Positions 37,522 to 45,198 of a DNA stretch of 45,198 nt are shown piece by piece. The DNA comes from an uncultured Streptomycetaceae bacterium (GTDB lineage: Bacteria > Pseudomonadota > Gammaproteobacteria > Burkholderiales > SG8-41): positions 12,182 to 57,379 of the forward strand of contig CAZMBS010000001.1 of the NCBI GenBank assembly GCA_964564295.1, in the 5' to 3' direction. Both the position numbers and the translations under genes were made by a program. Position 1 is the stretch's first letter, and every line of letters starts with the position of its first letter. The notes beneath the pieces are model-generated. The model made no database searches. It was given only the letters and a program-made list of their open reading frames with translations, and was not told the DNA's origin.

Positions 37522-38487
37522 TTGTTTTTCGCGGGCAAGCGTGTTCTTGTGACGGGGGGCGCCGGGTTCGTTGGAACCCATTTCGTTCAGGCGCTGCTTG
37601 AGGCTGACGCGGTGGTGCGGGTGCCGGTGCACAGTCGTCCCCTGATCGTCGATGATCCTCGAATCGAGATCGTGCAAGCCGATCTTACCCGCATCGAAGA
37701 CTGTCGCCGGGTTTGCGAAGGAATGGACCATGTTGTTCACGCCGCCGGTGCGGTCGCCGCGGCCGGAGTGACCGCGACCAACCCCATGTCGGCGATTGCG
37801 GTAAACCTGATATTGACGACGCAGATGTTGCAGGCGGCATGGGACACCGGCGTCAAGCGATTTCTGGTTTTCGGAAGCAGCACGGGCTATCCGGTTACGA
37901 CGCATCCCGTAAGAGAGGAGGAGATGTGGGACGGGCCGACGCACGCTTCGTATTTCGGTTATGGATGGATGCGCCGTTATCTGGAGCGCATAAGCGAGTT
38001 TGCGGCCTCCAAGACGGATATCGGAATCGCGCTGGTTCGTCCGACCGCCGTATATGGTCGCCACGACAATTTTGATCCGGCGACGAGCCACGTGATTCCT
38101 GCCCTGATTCGCCGCGCTGTCGCCGGGGAGTCACCGCTTGTGGTGTGGGGCACGGGCAACGAGGTTCGAGACTTCCTGCACGTCACCGATCTGGTCCGCG
38201 GCTCGTTGTTGCTCCTGGAGAAACATGCGACCTGCGACCCCGTGAATATCGGATACGGCGGGACCGTTACAATCGCAGAGGTGCTCGCCGCGATACTCAA
38301 GGCCGCCGGGCGTGAAGGAGCCGATGTGCGGTTCGATGCGTCCAAACCCACCGCGATTCCAGTGCGCATGGTCAATACCGAGAAGGCAAGCCGGTTGCTT
38401 GGCTTCGAACCCAGAGTCTCGCTCGAATACGGCATTGCCGATACGGTGGAGTGGTACCGCGCGAGCGCGGGACAAAAAATCGCGTAG
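37522..38487 (+). CDS. Extended SDR, GDP-fucose-synthase/MlghC-like (YxxxR)
   Basis: VTGGAGFVG, YG.HDNF...SHVIPALI, VWGTG..RDFLHV. Confidence 0.85.
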   Translation: MFFAGKRVLVTGGAGFVGTHFVQALLEADAVVRVPVHSRPLIVDDPRIEIVQADLTRIEDCRRVCEGMDHVVHAAGAVAAAGVTATNPMSAIAVNLILTTQMLQAAWDTGVKRFLVFGSSTGYPVTTHPVREEEMWDGPTHASYFGYGWMRRYLERISEFAASKTDIGIALVRPTAVYGRHDNFDPATSHVIPALIRRAVAGESPLVVWGTGNEVRDFLHVTDLVRGSLLLLEKHATCDPVNIGYGGTVTIAEVLAAILKAAGREGADVRFDASKPTAIPVRMVNTEKASRLLGFEPRVSLEYGIADTVEWYRASAGQKIA

Positions 38488-38585
38488 AGGAGAAGCAAAA
38501 GTGCCTGAAATGCACCCGATAATCTGTACTGCGCATCGGTCGCGAACGGTATGCAGTGCCGTATTACCTGAATCATGGAGCGCCG

Positions 38586-39584
38586 GTGGCCATTAAAGAC
38601 GAAGTGTTGCGCAGCTTTGCGTCGAAAAACGTCCTGGTGACCGGCGGCACCGGCCTCATCGGTAGACAGGTTGTTGACATCCTGGTGCGCGCGGGCGCAC
38701 ACGTCCGGATTGTTTCTCTGGACAGGGTAACCGTGAGTGATCGGGCCGATCATGTCATCGGAGACCTGACGAGTTTTGAGTTGTGCAAGGAGGTCACGAA
38801 TGGCATGGACTGCGTTTTCCATCTTGCCGGCATCAAGGGCTCGGCTGGGGTATCGCAGTCACACCTTGCCAGCCACTTTGTTCCGACACTGATGTTTAAC
38901 GTCAACGTACTGGAGGCGTGCCGCCGCAATAAGGTCGGAAAGATTGTCTATACCAGTTCCATCGGAGCCTACGCGAACGCGGAGGTGTTTAAGGAGGGTG
39001 AGCCCGGAAACTTCCATGATGCACCGATGGATTTTGCGGGCTGGGCAAAACGCATGGCCGAACTGCAGGTGCATGCATACAAGCTGCAATATCAGTTAGA
39101 GAACTTTTCCATAGTGCGTCCGTCGAACGTCTTCGGGCCCGGGGACAATTTTGATCCCGAAAACGCGATGGTCGTTCCCACGTTGCTGTATCGGGTCTTT
39201 CACAAGGAGGACCCGGTGGTGGTTTGGGGCGATGGTTCTGCAATCCGGGATATCGTGTTCAGTCGGGACGTGGCCGAGGGGGTTATTCTGGCGCTTCACC
39301 ACGGCACGAAGGGTGGATACGTGAATCTTGGCGCCGGTCGCGGCTACTCTGTAAAGGAGCTTGTCGAGTCGATCCGAAGTATCGTTTCATTCAATTACCG
39401 ATTCGACGCGACCAAGCCATCTGGATTTCCCATGCGAGTCATGGATATTTCTCTGGCAAGGCGTCTCATCGAATACAACCCGACCACATCTCTGGCGCAG
39501 GGGCTGCGCGAGACGTGGGACTGGTATCTGGGCCATCAGAACGAGCATCTCCTGAAAAAGAATTACTTCAGGGAAACGGAATGA
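38586..39584 (+). CDS. Extended SDR, GDP-fucose-synthase-like (catalytic Tyr absent)
   Basis: VTGGTGLIG, FHLAG, YTSSIG, FGPGDNF, VWGDG..RD. GTG 38586 has a GGAG SD. Confidence 0.85.
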   Translation: MAIKDEVLRSFASKNVLVTGGTGLIGRQVVDILVRAGAHVRIVSLDRVTVSDRADHVIGDLTSFELCKEVTNGMDCVFHLAGIKGSAGVSQSHLASHFVPTLMFNVNVLEACRRNKVGKIVYTSSIGAYANAEVFKEGEPGNFHDAPMDFAGWAKRMAELQVHAYKLQYQLENFSIVRPSNVFGPGDNFDPENAMVVPTLLYRVFHKEDPVVVWGDGSAIRDIVFSRDVAEGVILALHHGTKGGYVNLGAGRGYSVKELVESIRSIVSFNYRFDATKPSGFPMRVMDISLARRLIEYNPTTSLAQGLRETWDWYLGHQNEHLLKKNYFRETE

Positions 39585-39682
39585 AAGTGACCACGCGGCA
39601 TGACCGACGCGTTGCGGACGCCTGATTTCGTCGAGGGTTTTCGCGATCTGCATTCCGGTGCGCCGCGTGGAGGTGCCGGCCC

Positions 39683-40663
39683 ATGAACCTCGATGGTAAA
39701 CGCGTCTTGCTCGCCGGTGGCACCGGTCTCGCCGGCAGTGCTGTGTTGCGATCTTTGCTGTCCAGCAGCCTTGGCGTGCACGTGCGCGTGCCGCACCGCA
39801 GCCGCACCGGCATTTTTTTGAAGGACGAGCGGATCGAGTATGTGGAGGCGGACCTCTGCGTCGCTGCGGACTGCGCACGTGTCGCCGCCGGGTGCCATTG
39901 CGCCGTGCTTGCTGCGGCGCGAACCGGCGGCGCGCAGCAGGCTCGCGATTTCCCCTGGGTGCAGGTTACTCCCAACATCGTGATGGATGCCCTGTTGCTG
40001 CAGGCATTGGGAGACGCGGGTGTCGAACGCGTTGTCTATGTGGGAACCGCAAGCGTTTATCAGGAACGGGAAGGCGCCATTCGCGAGGAGGAGCTCGACT
40101 GGGGAATCGACCCGCCGGCGGCGCACTTTGGAGTCGGCTGGGCAAAGCGCAGCGCCGAAAAGCTGTGTCAGTTCTGGCACGCCCGCGGAAACATGGAAGT
40201 CATCATCGCGAGACTGGCGAACGTGTTCGGGCCGTTTGCCCAGTTCTCGCCTGCCAGCTCGAATTTTGTAGCGGCGCTCGTGCGCAAGGCCGTCAATGCG
40301 GATGATCCGTTTATCGTCTGGGGGAATCCGGCCGTCGGGCGTGACATTCTCTATGCCGACGACTTCGGCAGAGCGGTCGTCTCGATGCTGGAGAACTCGA
40401 GCGTGTCATTCGGCGTATTCAACATCGGCTCCGGAAGGATCACGACCGTGCAGGAAGTCGCGAACCTCGCCCTGCGGTTCGCCGGACATCGCCCATCACG
40501 TATAATATTTGACGAGTCATCTCCCGGCACAATTTCTTATCGACTGCTTGACTGCGCCAAGGCTGCGGATGTGTTGGGGTGGGTGCCCCAGGTATCCACC
40601 GAAGAGGGTATTCGCCGAACGGTAGAATGGTGGCGCGCGAACAAGGAAAGTTGGCGAAGATGA
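39683..40663 (+). CDS. Extended SDR, GDP-fucose-synthase-like (catalytic Tyr absent)
   Basis: AGGTGLAG, NVFGP, VWG...RD.LY.DD, FNIGSG. GGAGG SD. Confidence 0.85.
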   Translation: MNLDGKRVLLAGGTGLAGSAVLRSLLSSSLGVHVRVPHRSRTGIFLKDERIEYVEADLCVAADCARVAAGCHCAVLAAARTGGAQQARDFPWVQVTPNIVMDALLLQALGDAGVERVVYVGTASVYQEREGAIREEELDWGIDPPAAHFGVGWAKRSAEKLCQFWHARGNMEVIIARLANVFGPFAQFSPASSNFVAALVRKAVNADDPFIVWGNPAVGRDILYADDFGRAVVSMLENSSVSFGVFNIGSGRITTVQEVANLALRFAGHRPSRIIFDESSPGTISYRLLDCAKAADVLGWVPQVSTEEGIRRTVEWWRANKESWRR

Positions 40664-41418
40664 AGACCGAGCAACATGACGCGATTGTCTTGTCCAGCCA
40701 GAGCGAAAAGGACATTCAATCTGAGCTGATTCGGCACTTCCGCGAGTCGACATTGCCTGCGGATGAGGTCTTGCCGAACTTGGGCCTGTTTCTGACCTCC
40801 AAAGCGTTGTCGCGCATTCTGTTCTTCAATGAAATTTACCGAAAGATACTTGGAACCCATGGCGTTATCATGGAGTTTGGCGTGCGATGGGGACAATCGC
40901 TCGCGCTAATGTCCGCGCTGCGCGGCATCTATGAGCCCTTCAATCGCCACAGGAAGGTAATCGGGTTCGATACTTTCGATGGCTTTCGGGGGATGGGTCC
41001 GGAAGACGGCAGCCGGTGCAATTCTGTCGATGGCTCTTTTTCCGTATCCAGGGATTACGATGCCTACCTGGAGAAACTGCTTGCACTTGCGGATGGCTTG
41101 AATCCGATCCCCCATCTCAAGAAGTTTGATCTGGTCAGGGGTGACGCGACTTCGACCGTGCCCGACTATCTGGCGCGGCATCCCGAGACGATTATTTCGC
41201 TAGCGATATTCGATTTCGATATCTACAAGCCGACCCGGGCTGCGCTGCAGGCAATCAAACCACATGTGATGCGCGGCACCGTGCTGGTCTTTGACGAACT
41301 GTGCGACGATATCTTTCCCGGGGAGACCGTGGCGTTGCGGGAGGTCTTTGACCTGAATTCCCTGCGAATCGAGCGCATGCCAATGACCGCGCGCGTCTCT
41401 TACGCGGTGCTCGATTGA
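40660..41418 (+). CDS. TylF/MycF/NovP-family sugar O-methyltransferase
   Basis: MEFGVRWG, GFDTFDGF, LVRGD, FDFDIYKPT, G.VLVFDE...FPGET. ATGA-coupled. Confidence 0.8.
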   Translation: MKTEQHDAIVLSSQSEKDIQSELIRHFRESTLPADEVLPNLGLFLTSKALSRILFFNEIYRKILGTHGVIMEFGVRWGQSLALMSALRGIYEPFNRHRKVIGFDTFDGFRGMGPEDGSRCNSVDGSFSVSRDYDAYLEKLLALADGLNPIPHLKKFDLVRGDATSTVPDYLARHPETIISLAIFDFDIYKPTRAALQAIKPHVMRGTVLVFDELCDDIFPGETVALREVFDLNSLRIERMPMTARVSYAVLD

Positions 41419-42197
41419 ATCCCGCCTGCAAGAGGATACGCGCGAACGTCCTTTTGGCCTCCAGCGCCAGTGGCCACGGCCATATTCCCACCGGATTTTC
41501 CGTCATCGAGTGCATTTACGCCGCCTACGGCGTCATGCGACATGATCCAGCGCGCCCGGACTGGCAGGAGCGGGACCTGTTCATTCTCAGCAAGGGGCAC
41601 GCCGCGTTGGGATATTACGGCGTGCTTGCGGAGCTCGGCTATTTTCCGGAAAGCGACCTCTCCCGGTTTGGTGCTTATGAATCGCCGTTGGGATGTCATC
41701 CCGACAGGCTGAAAGTGCCGGGCGTGGAAGCGTCCACCGGATCTCTCGGGCACGGCATTAGTCTCGCCGTGGGGATGGCGCTGGGTATTCGAATCGCGGG
41801 GGAGAATCGCCGCGTGTTCACGCTGATTGGCGACGGGGAAAGCAACGAGGGATCCGTGTGGGAAGCCGTAATGGTCGCCGTGCATCTGCGCCTGACGAAC
41901 CTCACGGTAATTTATGACCACAACAAATCACAGGGCCGTTGCCTTCCGATTCCCAATCCGGGAGATCGGTTTCGTGCATTCGGGTGTGATGTGCTTGAGG
42001 TGCCGGGGCACGATATGGAATCGTTGAGCCGGGCTATGTCTGCTGCAACCGAATTGCCGCGGGTCGTTGTCGCCGACACGCAAAAGGGGTACGGCTGCGA
42101 GACGCTGGTGAGGAATATGTACGAGTGGCATCGCCGTTCTCCGAACAAAGAGGAACTGCCGAGGTTGCTGGAGGAACTTGATGCGACGGCAGTTTAA
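41415..42197 (+). CDS. Transketolase, N-terminal (ThDP-binding) subunit
   Basis: GH, LSKGHA, GCHP, STGSLGHG, GDGE..EGSVWEA...N. Confidence 0.9.
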   Translation: MNPACKRIRANVLLASSASGHGHIPTGFSVIECIYAAYGVMRHDPARPDWQERDLFILSKGHAALGYYGVLAELGYFPESDLSRFGAYESPLGCHPDRLKVPGVEASTGSLGHGISLAVGMALGIRIAGENRRVFTLIGDGESNEGSVWEAVMVAVHLRLTNLTVIYDHNKSQGRCLPIPNPGDRFRAFGCDVLEVPGHDMESLSRAMSAATELPRVVVADTQKGYGCETLVRNMYEWHRRSPNKEELPRLLEELDATAV

Positions 42198-43050
42198 GGA
42201 GACCGTTTCCGGTATTGCGGAGCATGATGCGCGCGTAATCGTGGTGCTGGGCGACGTCAGCGTCTACATGTTCAAGGATTTCCAGGAACGCTGGCCCGAT
42301 CGCTTCTACAACATGGGCATCTGCGAGAACGCGCTGATCAGCGTTAGCGCGGGACTTGCCTCGCAGGGTTTTTTTCCGTTTGCGCATACGATTGCGCCGT
42401 TTCTGACGGAGCGCAGCCTGGAACAGATCAAGCTCGACATGTGCTACAACCGGTTCGGCGGAAATATTGTGACCTGCGGCGCGTCGTTTGATTACGCCTG
42501 GGACGGCTCCACGCATCATTGTTATACGGAACTCGCGGCGTTGAGAATGATTCCGCACATGGATGTCTTGCAGCCGGGTTCTAGGCGCGAGGTGGACGCG
42601 CTGATCCGCGCCACATATAACAACGGCCGAGCGACGTATTTTCGGTTGTCCGATCACCCGCATGATCTGGAAACTTGCACCGAATTTGGTCGGGGAACCG
42701 TCATGAAGACCGGTACATCCGGAGTCGCGGTCGCTACGGCCGGACCGCTACTGCCCAATGTGATCGAAGCGTGTCGTGATCAGAATGTCGATGTCCTGTA
42801 TTTTCATACGCTCAAGCCCATCGACCGGGAGCTCATCGAACGATTCCGAGACAGGCGCATTCTGGTCGTGCATGACGCGCACGGCCTGCGTGAGGCCATT
42901 AACGAGGTTCCAGGTCTTCGCAGTTCCTACCACGGCCTGCCGGATGAATTCTGTTCTTGGTACGGAACCGTGCACGACATTCGGCGCCACATCGGGCTCG
43001 ATCCCTCCGGTATTCGGGCGGCTGTGACCCGGCTGCTCTCGACCGGTTAA
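42181..43050 (+). CDS. Transketolase, C-terminal (pyrimidine-binding) subunit
   Basis: RFYNMGICE, AGLA, FL.ERSLEQIK.D, GSTHH, TLKPID. Confidence 0.88.
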   Translation: MRRQFKETVSGIAEHDARVIVVLGDVSVYMFKDFQERWPDRFYNMGICENALISVSAGLASQGFFPFAHTIAPFLTERSLEQIKLDMCYNRFGGNIVTCGASFDYAWDGSTHHCYTELAALRMIPHMDVLQPGSRREVDALIRATYNNGRATYFRLSDHPHDLETCTEFGRGTVMKTGTSGVAVATAGPLLPNVIEACRDQNVDVLYFHTLKPIDRELIERFRDRRILVVHDAHGLREAINEVPGLRSSYHGLPDEFCSWYGTVHDIRRHIGLDPSGIRAAVTRLLSTG

Positions 43051-43102
43051 TGGAGTCGTAGCCGCCGTATTGCCTGTCGTCTCGGCGTGCGGAAACGTGC
43101 CT

Positions 43103-43768
43103 ATGAAAAAAAATCTCGTCATATTTGGCAACGGACAGTTTGCACAGATCGCCTGCTACATGTTCAGGCACGACGGGTCACACCAGCCGGCGGCCTTTAC
43201 GGTGGATCGGGAGTATTTGAAATGCGCGGAATTGCTTGGATTGCCGGTGGTGCCGCTGGACGAAATCGTGCAGCGATTTCCCCCGGGAGAATTTGACGCC
43301 TTTGTAGCGGCAAGTTATTCGGAGGTCAACCGGTTGCGCGCCAGGAAGGTGGCGGAAATGAAAAACCTGGGATACCGTCTTGCGAGCTATGTATCGCCTC
43401 GCGCCACGACTTTCCCGGATTTATCCGTCGGCGAAAACTGCTTGATACTGGAAGACAACACGATACAGCCGTTTACCCGGATCGGAAACAACGTCTTCAT
43501 GTGGAGCGGAAATCATCTGGGCCACCACAGCCAGATCAGGGACAACTGCTTCATTGCGTCGCACGTGGTGATTTCCGGCGCTGTCGAAATCGGCGAATTT
43601 TCGTTCATCGGAGTCAATGCGACAATCCGGGACAACATCAAGATTGGAAAAGCAAACGTGATTGGCGCCGGATGCGTGATATTGAAGGATACCGAGGACA
43701 ATCAGGTGTTCATGTCATCAGCAACAGAGCCGTCCCGGGTGCCCAGCAATCGCCTAAGGGGAATTTGA
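43103..43768 (+). CDS. Sugar O/N-acyltransferase (NeuD/PglD-type, hexapeptide repeats)
   Basis: VIFGNG N-terminal domain plus left-handed beta-helix repeats (VGENC, IGNNV, GHHS.I, IGEFSFIG, IGAG). Confidence 0.88.
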   Translation: MKKNLVIFGNGQFAQIACYMFRHDGSHQPAAFTVDREYLKCAELLGLPVVPLDEIVQRFPPGEFDAFVAASYSEVNRLRARKVAEMKNLGYRLASYVSPRATTFPDLSVGENCLILEDNTIQPFTRIGNNVFMWSGNHLGHHSQIRDNCFIASHVVISGAVEIGEFSFIGVNATIRDNIKIGKANVIGAGCVILKDTEDNQVFMSSATEPSRVPSNRLRGI

Positions 43769-43889
43769 CCCGCAATACGTGAGGCGCGTAAAAGCTTACG
43801 TGCGATGACGATATCCGGAAGACGCCGAGCTCGAGCCAGGTGATTTGCCGATCGAGTTGCCGCCCGACCGGCGCTGCCCCTGTCAAATC

Positions 43890-44642
43890 CTATCGAGCCC
43901 CACCTTTTCCACAAAGCAGGTAAATGCTAGCGCAAAGATCGGGATAAATCATGCCGAGCTGGTAGCAGCCGTCTAGGTAATCCTGATCGACGATTTTCGC
44001 CCGTAGCAGCTTGTCGAATTGAAAATTGGCAAAGGGCTTGAAGAATACACCGCCTCGGTGCAACACATTCATGCCGCTCATCCGGGCATCGCGTTCCAGA
44101 GTGTCCAGCGTATACGTGCAACGATGGCCGTGCGCAGCCTCGCCTTCCGTCACGGCTGCATTATGGGAGATCAGCCCCATTTTTACTGCAATCTGCCGTG
44201 ATGGAGCGTTTGCGTTGGGAACGACCAGAAACAATCGTCCGTGATCGGACAACCATCGGTTGATTCGTTTCAGCACGCGTATCGGCTCGTCCAGATGCTC
44301 CAGCGTGTGCATCAGGAATATGGCGTCGAACTGCTCGTCCAGGGTGACGCTTTCAAACATCCCTTCGATAAACCGTACCCCGGCCCCGACGTTTGCGCGT
44401 GCCGCCTCAATCAGGTCGCCCGCACCCTCGACCACGGTGATGTCGTCATAGTGCGCACGGAGTTTCTTCGTGAACTCACCTTTGTAGCACCCCAGTTCGA
44501 GCGCTCGGCCTTTCCGGAAATGCGGGGCGAACGTTTGCACCATGTAATCGCGCAGTATGTAATCAAAATCATAGGCATACTTGCGGTCCGCCGTATCCTG
44601 ATGCTCCTGGGTCAGGTCGCGGGTGCTTGTTACAGGGGGCAT
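43890..44642 (-). CDS. Class I SAM-dependent methyltransferase
   Basis: ALELGCYKG, VEG, FD.IFL.HTLEHL, G.LFLVVPN. Confidence 0.85.
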   Translation of the reverse strand: MPPVTSTRDLTQEHQDTADRKYAYDFDYILRDYMVQTFAPHFRKGRALELGCYKGEFTKKLRAHYDDITVVEGAGDLIEAARANVGAGVRFIEGMFESVTLDEQFDAIFLMHTLEHLDEPIRVLKRINRWLSDHGRLFLVVPNANAPSRQIAVKMGLISHNAAVTEGEAAHGHRCTYTLDTLERDARMSGMNVLHRGGVFFKPFANFQFDKLLRAKIVDQDYLDGCYQLGMIYPDLCASIYLLCGKGGAR

Positions 44643-44671
44643 GGTGCTCGTGTGTTCCTGATGGTCGGCGG

Positions 44672-45196
44672 TCAGCCCTGATCCGGCCGGTACATGCGCT
44701 TTTCCGGCGGCTGGTACCATTCGTCCAAGGTCGCCGGTATGCGCGCGTTGTAACCGAGTATCTGACGAAGTTCCGGCGACAAACTATCCGCCTTGTCGTA
44801 TCCCAGTGCGCGCGGGTAGTCGAACTGTGGCTTGAAGAAAGGCTTCGAAAACATCGGCGTCACCGAGCGCCGGGGTTTGTCCGTCTGGTTGTCGCCGCCT
44901 GCGTGCCAGAGGTTGGAGTTGAACACCAGTATGCTGCCGGCAGGGCCAAGCGCGCGTTCCGCGGTTGCAAAGAATGTCTTCGGATCGGGTCGCTGCGCCA
45001 GATAGTGACCGCCGGGCATCAGGAAGGTCGCGCCATTGTCTTCGGTAAAGTCATCAAACATGACCAGCGTATTCAACAGCAGCGGCATGTCGCCTGAAAA
45101 CGCCCGTATGTCCCGATGAATGTTGTGCGCATACGAGCGGCTGTGCGCGGAGTTGATGGCACCGCCGAACGAATTGAGTATGTACTTTCCGCCAAA
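44672..45196 (-). CDS. PhyH-family Fe(II)/2-oxoglutarate dioxygenase; 5' end outside window
   Basis: The frame stays open to the right edge. Manual translation gives ...HNIHRD (HxD)...DDFTEDNGAT..PG.H...AGS..F...LWHAGG.N...R. Confidence 0.85.
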   Translation of the reverse strand, partial: FGGKYILNSFGGAINSAHSRSYAHNIHRDIRAFSGDMPLLLNTLVMFDDFTEDNGATFLMPGGHYLAQRPDPKTFFATAERALGPAGSILVFNSNLWHAGGDNQTDKPRRSVTPMFSKPFFKPQFDYPRALGYDKADSLSPELRQILGYNARIPATLDEWYQPPEKRMYRPDQG

Positions 45197-45198
45197 AT

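Noticed and set aside
1-45198. CRISPR arrays, tRNA/rRNA, IS elements, integrases, prophage or anti-phage defence genes
   Set aside because: I saw no repeat-spacer arrays, RNA gene signatures, transposase/integrase motifs or defence domains. The EVE gene is in its housekeeping context, not with a nuclease.

Overview
GC-rich bacterial chromosome segment, most likely from a Betaproteobacterium. This is inferred from three orphan Bug/TctC solute-binding proteins, the zapB-zapA-6S-EVE arrangement and the msbA/LPS gene set. It has three parts. (1) 1-11.8 kb, an accessory LysR-centred catabolic region. It holds an F420-dependent glucose/sugar-6-phosphate dehydrogenase (fgd, cut by the left edge and absent from the ORF track), an LLM-class oxidoreductase, a CMD-fold protein, a cyclic amidohydrolase, pgl and gnd with no zwf, a GST and an ACMSD-like amidohydrolase. 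Together these suggest an F420-powered catabolic module with its own F420H2-regenerating pentose-phosphate branch. (2) 11.8-17.5 kb, housekeeping: EVE, 6S RNA, zapA/zapB, cobalamin riboswitch plus btuB, and msbA. Both zapB and msbA look leaderless. (3) 17.5-45.2 kb, an LPS core/O-antigen locus with waaL, glycosyltransferases, a WbpM/WbpL/epimerase trio, wzm/wzt and a GDP-6-deoxy-heptose pathway. That pathway is expanded by three tandem SDRs that all lack the canonical YxxxK, a split transketolase, a NUDIX hydrolase, several methyltransferases, an acyltransferase and a 2OG-Fe(II) dioxygenase. All assignments come from motif recognition by eye; no searches were run.
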